From the NCBI GenBank assembly GCA_022769545.1, contig JALEJS010000046.1, positions 2,388-66,387 on the forward strand: a DNA stretch of 64,000 bases, in the 5' to 3' direction. Numbering within the stretch: the first letter of the stretch is position 1; each line of letters starts with the position of its first letter. The position numbers and the translations under genes were made by a program. The stretch is from Blautia sp. (lineage in GTDB: Bacteria > Bacillota > Clostridia > Lachnospirales > Lachnospiraceae). Below are positions 9,784 through 19,077 of this stretch, piece by piece. A model generated the notes under the pieces. It searched no databases, was not told the origin of the DNA, and saw nothing but the letters and a program-made list of their open reading frames with translations.

Positions 9784-10919
9784 CAGATTTACAGGAATGC
9801 AGAAGAAAAATTGATGAGATTGACAACGAGATCGTCCGCCTGTTTGAAGAACGGATGCAGGTGTGCGAAGAGGTTGCGCAATATAAGATCCGTACCGGAA
9901 AACAGGTGCTGGATCCGGAGCGGGAGCGCAGCAAAATCTGCACGCTGCGGGGAAAAGCGCACGGTGAGTTCAATGAGCTGGGAACACAGGAGCTTTTTCA
10001 GCAGATCATGGCAATCAGCCGGAAGCGTCAGTATCAGCTTCTGACGGAAAACGGTGTTTCCTACCGGGAGCAGTTTCGAAAGATCCCGCAGCTTGGAAAG
10101 GAAAATGCACATGTGGTATACCAGGGCGTGGAAGGGGCTTATGCCTATGCGGCCATGTGCGCTTTTTTTGGAAAAAAGGTACAGAACCATCATGTAAAAT
10201 CCTGGCGTCAGGCCATGGAGGATGTGGCGCACGGAAGGGCAGATTATGCGGTCCTGCCCATTGAGAATTCCACGGCCGGTATTGTGGCGGACATTTATGA
10301 TCTTCTTACAGAATACCAGCTGTATATCGTCGGGGAACAGATCATCCGGGTCGATCATGTGCTTCTGGGAAATCCCGAGGCGGAGCTGTCGGATATCACA
10401 CAGGTATATTCTCATCCGCAGGGGCTTTCCCAGTGCAGGAATTATCTGGAACGGCATCCGCAGTGGAAGGCCTGCGAGGTGGAGAATACGGCGGTAGCTG
10501 CGAAAAAGGTACATGAAGCCGGTGAGAAGTGCATGGCGGCGATTGCCAGCAGGGAAGCCGGAGAAGTATTCGGACTGAAGATCCTTCAGGAAAATATCTG
10601 CGAAAACAACTGGAATTCCACACGGTTTATCATAATCGGGAAAGAGCCGGTATTTGAGAAAGCGGCAGATAAGGTGAGTATCTGTTTTGAACTGCCTCAC
10701 GCAGCAGGAACGCTTTACAATATGCTTTCGCACATCATTTACAATGGTCTGAATATGACGAAAATTGAATCCCGCCCCATTCCGGGTAAAACCTGGGAGT
10801 ATCGTTTCTTTGTGGACTTCATGGGAAATCTGGAGGACAGCGCGGTGATCAATGCGCTGCGCGGACTGGAGGCAGAAGCAAACTCCCTGATTGTTTTCGG
10901 AAACTACATAAATCAGTGA
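9780..10919 (+). CDS. pheA: Bifunctional chorismate mutase / prephenate dehydratase (P-protein)
   Basis: N-terminal AroQ-type CM (IDEIDNEIVRLFEERM), a PDT domain, and an ACT domain with TKIESRP. The ATG overlaps the folC stop. Confidence 0.9.
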   Translation: MTDLQECRRKIDEIDNEIVRLFEERMQVCEEVAQYKIRTGKQVLDPERERSKICTLRGKAHGEFNELGTQELFQQIMAISRKRQYQLLTENGVSYREQFRKIPQLGKENAHVVYQGVEGAYAYAAMCAFFGKKVQNHHVKSWRQAMEDVAHGRADYAVLPIENSTAGIVADIYDLLTEYQLYIVGEQIIRVDHVLLGNPEAELSDITQVYSHPQGLSQCRNYLERHPQWKACEVENTAVAAKKVHEAGEKCMAAIASREAGEVFGLKILQENICENNWNSTRFIIIGKEPVFEKAADKVSICFELPHAAGTLYNMLSHIIYNGLNMTKIESRPIPGKTWEYRFFVDFMGNLEDSAVINALRGLEAEANSLIVFGNYINQ

Positions 10920-10981
10920 CAGGGTATTACGGATGCAGAACATCCGATTTTGAGACAGAAACGACAGAAAGAAGAAAGATT

Positions 10982-12283
10982 ATGGCAAGAATTAACGAAT
11001 GTATCCTTTATCGGGATTTCCTGCATGGAGAGATACTTGAGAAAATGGCAGAGCTGATGAATGCGAGGCCGGAGGAGCTTCCGGCGAAAAAAACGCTGTA
11101 TTATGAGTGTGTGAACGGCCTGGTCGAGCTGGCGGGAATGTACGGCTTTGAAGGAAATCTGTGGCACAATTACCTGACGCTTCTGCTGGTGAATCACGAA
11201 AATGCATTCAGTACGGCTTCGGAGATCCGGGGAGCCATTCAGGGCAGCATCAATGAGCTGGCAATGAATGACTTTGAGATTTTCAAGGAGCTGTACGAGT
11301 TTGATCTGAAGGTTTTTGATCAGATTTACGGCTCTTCCTGCGGGGAGATCCTGGAAAACTACAAAAACACGGAGAGCGGAAGCAAGATGTTTAATTCCCG
11401 TATCCGTGACCGGATCTGTGATATGAGTCGTACCCTGGCTCAGGCCGGAAGTACCGGTGAATTTATGGCAGATATGGTGCAGTTCTATAAGGATTTCGGC
11501 GTGGGCAAGCTGGGACTGCACAAGGCGTTTCGTGTGGAGCACGACGAGAATGATCAGGTGGTGATCGCGCCGATCACACGGATCGCTCATGTGAAGCTGG
11601 ATGATCTGGTAGGCTATGAGATTCCGAAGAAACAGCTCATTGACAATACGGAGGCCTTTGTAAAGGGAAGAAAGGCAAATAACTGTCTTCTGTTTGGCGA
11701 TGCGGGAACCGGAAAATCTTCCAGTATCAAGGGAATCCTGAATCAGTATTATGACCAGGGCCTTCGCATCATAGAGATCTACAAGCATCAGTTCAAGGAT
11801 CTCAACGATGTGATTGCACAGATCAAAAACAGAAATTACAAATTTATCATCTATATGGATGATCTTTCCTTCGAAGAATTTGAGATCGAATATAAATACC
11901 TGAAGGCGGTCATTGAGGGCGGTCTGGAGAAAAAACCGGATAATATTCTGATCTATGCTACAAGCAACCGCAGACATCTTGTGCGTGAGCGCTCTTCAGA
12001 CAAGCTGGAGATCATGGATGACGATGATCTTCATTCCTCCGATACGGTTCAGGAGAAATTATCTCTGGTCTATCGCTTCGGAGTGAGAATTTATTTCGGA
12101 AAACCGGGAAAGAAAGAGTTCCAGAATATCGTGCGGGAGCTGGCAAAGCGGTATGGTGTGAATATGCCGGAGGAAAAGCTGATGCTGGAGGCGAACAAAT
12201 GGGAGCTTTCCCACGGTGGTATGACCGGAAGAACTGCGCAGCAGTTTATTGATTATCTTTTGGGGCTTGAGATGAATGAATGA
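10982..12283 (+). CDS. AAA-type ATPase, DUF815 family
   Basis: Walker A in NNCLLFGDAGTGKSS and Walker B in FIIYMDDLSF. Start chosen at MARINE. Confidence 0.75.
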   Translation: MARINECILYRDFLHGEILEKMAELMNARPEELPAKKTLYYECVNGLVELAGMYGFEGNLWHNYLTLLLVNHENAFSTASEIRGAIQGSINELAMNDFEIFKELYEFDLKVFDQIYGSSCGEILENYKNTESGSKMFNSRIRDRICDMSRTLAQAGSTGEFMADMVQFYKDFGVGKLGLHKAFRVEHDENDQVVIAPITRIAHVKLDDLVGYEIPKKQLIDNTEAFVKGRKANNCLLFGDAGTGKSSSIKGILNQYYDQGLRIIEIYKHQFKDLNDVIAQIKNRNYKFIIYMDDLSFEEFEIEYKYLKAVIEGGLEKKPDNILIYATSNRRHLVRERSSDKLEIMDDDDLHSSDTVQEKLSLVYRFGVRIYFGKPGKKEFQNIVRELAKRYGVNMPEEKLMLEANKWELSHGGMTGRTAQQFIDYLLGLEMNE

Positions 12284-12312
12284 TTTGCCGTGAGGCAGAA
12301 AGGGAGAATAAA

Positions 12313-13848
12313 ATGGCAATAACCACGTTTGCGGCAATTGATATCGGCTCCTATGAGGTGAGCATGAAGGTATATCAGCTTTCAAAGAAGAGCGGGCTGA
12401 AAGAACTGAACGATGTCCGATACCGGATGGAAGTAGGCCGCGGTGCATACACCAGAGGAAGGCTGGACATGGAGATGGTGGATTCCATCTGTGAGATCAT
12501 GACGGATTTTCAGCGAATCATGAAGGAATTTGGGGTGGAGGATTACAGAGCCTGTGCCACCAGTGCCTTTCGGGAGCTGGTAAACCCCATTATTGTTGTG
12601 GAACAGATATTTCAGAGGACCGGCATCAAGGTGGATATACTCAGCAATGCGGAACAGCATTTTCTGGGTTACAAATCCATTGCCGCCAATGAGGCCGGCT
12701 TTAAGAAGATGATTCAGAAAGGAACCGCCATTCTGGATGTGGGCGGCGGAAGTCTGCAGGTTTCGCTGTTTGATAAGGATGCTCTGGTGACGACGCAGAA
12801 TCTGAAAATCGGAAGTCTGCGTGTGCGGGAGCGGCTAAAAGAGCTGGAAAAAACGAATCCGCATTACGAGGAACTGGTGGAAGAATTTATCCGGAACGAT
12901 CTGACGGCGTTTCAGCGCCTGTATCTGAAAGACCGGGACATCAAAAATGTGATCCTGATGGGAGATTTCCTGACCGATACGATCTTCCGGGAGGAGATGA
13001 ATGACAATATCATCACCCGTGCGGAATTTATGAACCGTTACGAAAGTACACTGAACAAAACAAATGATATGCTTGCGGAAGAGATGGATATCGAACCGGA
13101 TACGGCCAGCCTGATCGTTCCCACGATGGTTATCTGCAAGGACTTTATGGATATTTTCGGGGCGGAATCTCTGTGGGCTCCGGGTGTCTCACTTCATGAC
13201 GGAATTGCCTACGATTATGGAGAAAAGAAAAAGTTTATCAAGAGTGCACATAATTTTGAGAACGATATTCTTGTGGCCTCACGGAATATCGCGAAGCGCT
13301 ATTCCAGCGGAAAAAGCCATATTCAGGGTACAACACAGCTGGCACTTACCATTTTTGACAGCATAAAGAAAATCCACGGTATGGGACCGCGGGAGCGTCT
13401 TCTTCTGCAGATTGCCGTTCAGCTGCATGACTGCGGCAAGTACATCAGTATGGGGGATGTGGCGGAATGTTCGTATCATATCATTATGTCTACCGAAATC
13501 ATCGGTCTGTCTACCCAGGAACGGCAGATCATTGCCAGTGCCGTTCGCTACAACACCATGGAATTCGGTTATTATGATGCTCTGAAGCAGGAGCTGGGGG
13601 TTGACCGGCAGTGCTATCTTCTGATTGCAAAGCTGGCAGCCATCCTGCGTCTGGCTAATGCCATGGACCGGAGCCATTACCAGAAGGTCAGCGGGCTGAA
13701 GGCGGTTCTCAAAGACCGGGAACTTCAGATGGTGATTGACTACAATAAGGATATTTCCCTGGAACTTGGACTTTTGAAGGATAAAGTGGAATTCTTTGAA
13801 GAAGTCTTTGGAGTCCGCCTGATTTTAAGGCGCAAGAGAAAGATATAA
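12313..13848 (+). CDS. ppx: Ppx/GppA-family exopolyphosphatase with C-terminal HD domain
   Basis: ASKHA phosphate-1 motif FAAIDIGSYE, DVGGGS, and HD-like LHDCGKYIS. AGGGAG RBS before MAITTF. Confidence 0.85.
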   Translation: MAITTFAAIDIGSYEVSMKVYQLSKKSGLKELNDVRYRMEVGRGAYTRGRLDMEMVDSICEIMTDFQRIMKEFGVEDYRACATSAFRELVNPIIVVEQIFQRTGIKVDILSNAEQHFLGYKSIAANEAGFKKMIQKGTAILDVGGGSLQVSLFDKDALVTTQNLKIGSLRVRERLKELEKTNPHYEELVEEFIRNDLTAFQRLYLKDRDIKNVILMGDFLTDTIFREEMNDNIITRAEFMNRYESTLNKTNDMLAEEMDIEPDTASLIVPTMVICKDFMDIFGAESLWAPGVSLHDGIAYDYGEKKKFIKSAHNFENDILVASRNIAKRYSSGKSHIQGTTQLALTIFDSIKKIHGMGPRERLLLQIAVQLHDCGKYISMGDVAECSYHIIMSTEIIGLSTQERQIIASAVRYNTMEFGYYDALKQELGVDRQCYLLIAKLAAILRLANAMDRSHYQKVSGLKAVLKDRELQMVIDYNKDISLELGLLKDKVEFFEEVFGVRLILRRKRKI

Positions 13849-13863
13849 GAGAGGTCTGTAGGT

Positions 13864-16011
13864 ATGGATACGAAAAAATTTGAAAAGCCGGAATATTTTG
13901 TGAACCGGGAACTGAGCTGGATCAAATTCAATGAGCGTGTATTGAGCGAAGCCAGAGACAAGACGATCCCTCTGTTTGAACGCCTGAAATTTATCAGCAT
14001 TACCTCTTCCAATCTGGATGAGTTTTATATGGTACGTGTGGCTTCTCTGAAGGATCAGGTACATGCGGGATATGACAAGCCGGACATCGCGGGACTGCTG
14101 CCGAAGGATCAGCTGAAGGAAATCAGCCGGCAGACCCATGAGCTGGTTCATGTGCAGTACAGCACGCTGAACCGTTCCCTTCTTCCCGCGCTGGAAAAGA
14201 CGGGACTGCATCTGGTGACGGAGCATGAGCTTCTGACCGAAAAGCAGGCAGCCTATGTGGACAAATATTTTGAGGAGAATGTCTATCCGGTCGTAACCCC
14301 GATGGCAATGGATTCTTCCCGGCCGTTTCCGCTGATTCGCAACAAATCCCTGAACATCGGTGCGCTGATTTCCAAAAAGGACAACAAGAAGGGGAAGGAA
14401 GTGCTGGAATTTGCCACCGTACAGGTTCCTTCTGTGCTCCCCAGAGTGGTTGTGATTCCGTCAGAAAAGGAGTCCGATGTCACAGTGATCATGCTGGAGG
14501 AAATTATCGAGAGAAATATCGGAAAACTGTTTCTCAGCAATGATGTGGTATGTGCACATCCGTATCGAATCATGAGAAATGCCGATCTGACGATCGACGA
14601 GGATGAGGCAGAGGATCTGCTGGTGGAAATTCAGAAACAGCTGAAAAAACGTCAGTGGGGGGAAGTCATCCGCCTGGAGGTGGAAGAGAAAATTGACAAA
14701 CGTCTCCTGAAGATCCTGAAAACGGAATTTGATACAAAGGATGAGGATATTTTCTATATTAATGGTCCACTGGATCTGACCATGTTGATGAAGGTATATG
14801 GACTGGATGGCTTTGATGCATATAAAGAACCGCGCTATACACCGGCACCCGTTCCGGAATTTCAGAATGAAAAGGATATTTTCGAGGTGATTCGCGAGGG
14901 AGATATCTTTTTGCATCATCCTTATATGACGTTTGATCCGGTTGTGAATTTTGTGCGCCAGGCAGCAAAGGATCCGGATGTCCTTGCCATAAAACAGACG
15001 TTGTACCGTGTGAGCGGAAATTCTCCCATTGTGGCTGCGCTTGCACAGGCGGCAGAAAACGGAAAGCAGGTTTCTGTTCTGGTGGAACTGAAAGCCCGTT
15101 TTGATGAGGAAAACAACATTGTCTGGGCGAAAAAGCTGGAGAAGGCGGGCTGTCATGTCATCTACGGACTGGTTGGTCTGAAAACGCACAGCAAGATCAC
15201 ACTGGTAGTCCGCAGGGAGGAAACCGGCATACGGCGTTATGTCCATCTGGCGACGGGAAATTACAATGATTCCACGGCGAAGCTGTATACAGACTGCGGA
15301 ATCTTCACCTGCGATGAGCATTTCGGAGAGGATGCCACAGCGGTGTTCAACATGCTCAGCGGATATTCCGAGCCTAAGAAATGGAACAGACTGATCGTGG
15401 CACCGATCTGGATGAAGGACCGTTTCCTGAAGCTGATTGACAGAGAGGCAGAACATGCAAAGAAGGGAATTCCGTCCTATATTGTGGCGAAGATGAATTC
15501 TCTGTGTGATCCGGTGATTATGTCCGCACTGTATTATGCATCCTCCTGTGGTGTGCAGATACATCTTCTCGTGCGGGGAATCTGCTGTCTGAAGGTCGGC
15601 ATACCGGGAGTAAGTGAAAATATTCACGTTCGTTCGATTGTAGGAAATTTCCTGGAGCACAGCCGTATTTTCTACTTCCACAATGGCGGAAGTGATGAAA
15701 TATATATGGGCAGCGCGGACTGGATGCCCCGTAATCTGGACCGCCGTGTGGAGATCGTTTTCCCTGTGGAGGATGAAAATATCCGGAAAGAGCTGAAACA
15801 TATTCTGGATCTGGAATTCCGCGACAATGTCAAAGCGCATCTGCTTCAGCCGGACGGAACCTATGAGAAACAGGACAAGAGAGGAAAGGCACTCATCAAT
15901 TCGCAGATGGAATTCTGCCGTGAGGCCACGGAAAAAGCAGAAAAAAAGGTGAAAAAGACGGAGAAATCCAGAGTTTTCATTCCGGCAGAACCGGCGGAGG
16001 ACATGGAATAA
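13864..16011 (+). CDS. ppk1: Polyphosphate kinase 1
   Basis: 715 aa. N-terminus YFVNRELSWIKFNERVL and FISITSSNLDEFYMVRV. Two PLD-like HxK-type C-terminal domains (KTHSKITLV...). Confidence 0.96.
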   Translation: MDTKKFEKPEYFVNRELSWIKFNERVLSEARDKTIPLFERLKFISITSSNLDEFYMVRVASLKDQVHAGYDKPDIAGLLPKDQLKEISRQTHELVHVQYSTLNRSLLPALEKTGLHLVTEHELLTEKQAAYVDKYFEENVYPVVTPMAMDSSRPFPLIRNKSLNIGALISKKDNKKGKEVLEFATVQVPSVLPRVVVIPSEKESDVTVIMLEEIIERNIGKLFLSNDVVCAHPYRIMRNADLTIDEDEAEDLLVEIQKQLKKRQWGEVIRLEVEEKIDKRLLKILKTEFDTKDEDIFYINGPLDLTMLMKVYGLDGFDAYKEPRYTPAPVPEFQNEKDIFEVIREGDIFLHHPYMTFDPVVNFVRQAAKDPDVLAIKQTLYRVSGNSPIVAALAQAAENGKQVSVLVELKARFDEENNIVWAKKLEKAGCHVIYGLVGLKTHSKITLVVRREETGIRRYVHLATGNYNDSTAKLYTDCGIFTCDEHFGEDATAVFNMLSGYSEPKKWNRLIVAPIWMKDRFLKLIDREAEHAKKGIPSYIVAKMNSLCDPVIMSALYYASSCGVQIHLLVRGICCLKVGIPGVSENIHVRSIVGNFLEHSRIFYFHNGGSDEIYMGSADWMPRNLDRRVEIVFPVEDENIRKELKHILDLEFRDNVKAHLLQPDGTYEKQDKRGKALINSQMEFCREATEKAEKKVKKTEKSRVFIPAEPAEDME

Positions 16012-16039
16012 AAAGATGAAGATTTGTGCAAAATTCCCT

Positions 16040-16068
16040 TTGAAAACCGCAGACAAAAAAAGTATAAT
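16040..16068 (+). promoter_or_regulatory. Candidate sigma-70 promoter upstream of the MATE leader
   Basis: TTGAAA, 17-nt spacer, TATAAT. Confidence 0.4.
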
Positions 16069-16081
16069 ATAGACACAACGA

Positions 16082-16130
16082 GTGGCCGTTTCGCGTAAAT
16101 CCAGTTGCGCGAAGCGGTCACTTTATTTTT
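16082..16130 (+). terminator. Intrinsic terminator/attenuator hairpin between ppk1 and the MATE gene
   Basis: A 14-bp stem GTGGCCGTTTCGCG/CGCGAAGCGGTCAC (two G-U pairs) is followed by TTTATTTTT. It ends 22 nt before the MATE ATG. Confidence 0.6.
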
Positions 16131-16152
16131 GTGAAAAGGAGTTTTGAAGCAA

Positions 16153-17586
16153 ATGGATCATTCAAATCAGTTTCTCGGGACAGAGCGTGTTGGAAAATTG
16201 ATGAAACAATACGCGGTTCCATGTATGATTTCCCTTCTGGTGGGAGCACTTTACAACATTGTAGACCAGATTTTTATTGCCAATGCCAGCTATCTCGGGT
16301 CTTATGGAAATGCGGCAAATACCGTTGTTTTTCCTCTGACGGTTGTTGCACTGGCGATTGCCGTGATGATTGGTGACGGCTGCTGTGCTTTTGTCAGCAT
16401 CAGTCTGGGTAAGGAAGAGGTGTCGGCTGCGAAACGAAGCGTCGGGAACGCGGTGGTAATGACTGTGGCATCCGGTCTGATTCTGGCTGCGATTTACCTG
16501 ATCTTTTCAGAACAGATCATTGCCATGTTCGGAGGCACGGTAAATGCACAGACCCATCTCCATTCCGCAGAGTATTTCTTCTATATTACGCTGGGTATAC
16601 CGTTTTATATGTTCGGACAGGCGATGAATCCGATCATCCGTGCAGACGGGGATCCGAAATTTGCAATGGCCTCCACGCTTGCCGGTGCAGTGATCAACAT
16701 CATTCTTGATCCGGTGTTTATCTTCATTTTCCGCTGGGGCATGATGGGTGCAGCGGTGGCAACGGTGCTCGGACAGGTGGCAACGGCTGTGCTTGCTGTG
16801 TGGTATCTGCGGCATATGAAAATCATCAGACCGGGCAAAGGCGATTATGCTCTGACGGGGGCAGTCTGCAGAAGAACTCTGGTATTGGGAATTACCAGCT
16901 TCCTGTCTCAGATCAGCCTGGTGGCAGCAATGGCGGCAATCAACAATATGCTTCGCAAATACGGGGCCATGGATCCGATCTTCGGACAGGATCAGTATGC
17001 ACAGATTCCCATGGCTGTTGTGGGAATTGTTATGAAATTTTTCCAGATTGTCATCTCAATTGTTGTCGGTATGGCGGCAGGATGTATTCCGATTGTGGGA
17101 TTCAATATGGGCGCAGGAAAGAAAATGCGTGTCAGGGAACTGTTCACAAAGCTTCTGGCTGCGGAAGCAGCTGTTGGAGCAGTGGCGCTGATTCTGGTGG
17201 AATTTTTTCCGGGACAGCTCATCGGAATTTTCGGGGCGGCCAACGAGAGCACCTATTATACAGAATTTGCAGTCAAAGCGTTCCGGACCTATCTGTGTAT
17301 GATGATCTTTGCCTGTGTGAATAAGGCATGCTTTATTTTCCTGCAGGCAATGGGAAAAGCTGCAGAATCCACAGCGCTGTCCATGATCCGGGAGGTTATC
17401 TTTGGCGTGGGCTTTGCGCTTTTGCTTCCGGTTTTCTTCGGACTGGACGGAGTTCTCTATTCCATGCCGGTATCGGATATTCTGACATTTATGGTTGCGG
17501 CCTGCCTGATTGTGAAAACCTATAAAGAGTTAAGTGTGAAAGGAGGGAAAGAACTGCAAAGGAGAACGCACCAATGGATGGAATGA
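16153..17586 (+). CDS. MATE-family efflux transporter
   Basis: Twelve hydrophobic segments and the MATE N-terminal pattern GALYNIVDQIFI. ATG at 16153 chosen because the AAGGAG RBS lies 11 nt upstream. The track TTG at 16144 is too close to the RBS. Confidence 0.9.
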   Translation: MDHSNQFLGTERVGKLMKQYAVPCMISLLVGALYNIVDQIFIANASYLGSYGNAANTVVFPLTVVALAIAVMIGDGCCAFVSISLGKEEVSAAKRSVGNAVVMTVASGLILAAIYLIFSEQIIAMFGGTVNAQTHLHSAEYFFYITLGIPFYMFGQAMNPIIRADGDPKFAMASTLAGAVINIILDPVFIFIFRWGMMGAAVATVLGQVATAVLAVWYLRHMKIIRPGKGDYALTGAVCRRTLVLGITSFLSQISLVAAMAAINNMLRKYGAMDPIFGQDQYAQIPMAVVGIVMKFFQIVISIVVGMAAGCIPIVGFNMGAGKKMRVRELFTKLLAAEAAVGAVALILVEFFPGQLIGIFGAANESTYYTEFAVKAFRTYLCMMIFACVNKACFIFLQAMGKAAESTALSMIREVIFGVGFALLLPVFFGLDGVLYSMPVSDILTFMVAACLIVKTYKELSVKGGKELQRRTHQWME

Positions 17587-17695
17587 GAATCCTCCTGTGG
17601 GCATATGATGAATATTCAGCATAGTAAATATCGCACGAATATATCACAGAATCGTACTATTATACGATAATAAAAGCACGAAAGGAGGACTTCAT

Positions 17696-17963
17696 ATGTC
17701 AATCACAGCTACTGAACTAAAGAAAAACTTACCTTTAAATGCCAGTATAGATGATGCGCGTCTGGAAAGGCTGGAAGCGAAATAATGAAAGTATATACTA
17801 CAGTGATGATTTTAGAGAAGCGTGTATTCGCCTTATGCTTGGATATAACATCCATTATGATAATAATGCTGATGAAGCTGTTTTAAATCTTACTCGTGAA
17901 CGTGCAGAAGAAATCGTAAATTATTGTTTTGATAATGATGTAAAACATTGGTTGACAACATGA
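17696..17963 (+). pseudogene. Frameshifted small ribbon-helix-helix-like (antitoxin-like) gene
   Basis: A perfect RBS (AAAGGAGG, 7 nt, ATG) opens a 29-codon ORF ending at 17785. The protein-like 70-aa track ORF (17751..17963) continues in the +1 frame without its own RBS. Removing one A from GCGAAATAAT would join them into about 88 aa with a beta-alpha-alpha RHH-like pattern. Confidence 0.35.
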
Positions 17964-18259
17964 GAATACGATTGATTCGCAATGATAGCAACGATAACTA
18001 TTTCAGTTTTCATATAGAATATTTATTTATTGCAAGTAGCATTGGAACATATTCCAGTTAATATATACAACATTAGTATTCATTATGATAGATAACATTG
18101 TATTAGAAAAACTCATATGTCAATTTTGGGATAAATAGCAAAGGCAGTTCAATAGTTTGTATGATGGATGGAGAAAAACTATTTGTAGCAGATAATCAGA
18201 GTTTTTGATTCCACAGGTGCATATTTGCAATGTATAAAGCATAAACAAATACAGAACTG

Positions 18260-18288
18260 TTGATGTACAGAATCCTGTACGATATAAT
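18260..18288 (+). promoter_or_regulatory. yefM-yoeB promoter with an embedded paired TGTAC(A/G) operator
   Basis: TTGATG, 17-nt spacer, TATAAT. TGTACA (18264-18269) and TGTACG (18276-18281) sit 12 bp centre-to-centre inside the spacer. Confidence 0.55.
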
Positions 18289-18335
18289 ATGAGTATGAAA
18301 TAACAATGCTTTATATCAAAATGGAGGTGTCAAAT

Positions 18336-18602
18336 ATGTTAGCTGTCAATTATACAACACTGCGTGACAATATGAAAACCTATATGGATAAGGTAACAGA
18401 TGATTATGAAACTTTGATTGTTACCAGAAAAGATAATAAAAATGTTGTGATGCTATCAGAGGAAACCTATAACAATCTCATGGAGAATATCTATGTTATG
18501 GGGAATAAGGCAAATTATGACTGGCTTATGGAATCTAAAGCACAGTTGGAAAACGGTAAATTTACCAGACATGATCTTGTTGAGGTTCCTGCGGATGAAT
18601 AA
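18336..18602 (+). CDS. yefM: Type II antitoxin, Phd/YefM family
   Basis: MLAVNYTTLRDNMKTYMDKV...TLIVTRKDNKNVVMLSEETYNNLMEN is a classic YefM fold signature. GGAGGT RBS. The stop overlaps the yoeB start. Confidence 0.9.
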   Translation: MLAVNYTTLRDNMKTYMDKVTDDYETLIVTRKDNKNVVMLSEETYNNLMENIYVMGNKANYDWLMESKAQLENGKFTRHDLVEVPADE

Positions 18603-18858
18603 AGTATTTACTGACTACGGATGGAAAGATTATGTATACTGGCAGGCAGAGGATAAAAAGACACTGAAAAAAATAAACCAGCTCATAGAAGATATATGCA
18701 GAAATGGTAATGTTGGCATTGGCAAGCCGGAACCATTGACAGGCACCTTGTCTGGATTCTGGAGCAGACGTATTAATGATAAAGACCGACTGATATATAA
18801 AATTGATGAAGACAATATATATATTCTGGCATGTCGGTACCATTATGGAAACAAATAG
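18595..18858 (+). CDS. yoeB: Type II toxin, YoeB/Txe family mRNA interferase
   Basis: WKDYVYWQAEDKKTLKKINQLIEDI...GIGKPEPLTGTLSGFWSRRINDKDRLIYKI...ILACRYHY aligns with E. coli YoeB along its whole length. There is an 8-nt ATGAATAA overlap with yefM. Confidence 0.92.
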   Translation: MNKVFTDYGWKDYVYWQAEDKKTLKKINQLIEDICRNGNVGIGKPEPLTGTLSGFWSRRINDKDRLIYKIDEDNIYILACRYHYGNK

Positions 18859-18984
18859 AAAACTTAACATTTTCACTATGTCTGGTTGATGGAAATTTCC
18901 TGCAAAGAGAATCATTATCATAGAAAAAGGCGTGATATTGAAACAAAGATAAATATTCTTAGCAGTATCCCTGAGTTTCAGAGA

Positions 18985-19013
18985 AAATAAAAAAAGCAAT
19001 CTGAAATCAGATT
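18985..19013 (-). terminator. Intrinsic terminator downstream of tRNA-Glu
   Basis: On the minus strand, hairpin AATCTGA-TT-TCAGATT is followed by GCTTTTTTTATTTT. Confidence 0.5.
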
Positions 19014-19077
19014 ACTTCTTTGAGTACCTGTGATTTTACCAAGCCCTGAAAACCTGATAAAATCAAGAGCTTTATAA

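Noticed and set aside
18889-18990. A 33-codon plus-strand ORF (MEISCKENHYHRKRRDIETKINILSSIPEFQRK) downstream of yoeB.
   Set aside because: No SD sequence and no recognisable family. Such an ORF could arise by chance in AT-rich DNA.
18562-18999. A 145-aa minus-strand ORF in the islet.
   Set aside because: It is antisense to yoeB, AT-rich-codon hydrophobic noise (Phe/Ile/Leu/Tyr), and has no RBS.
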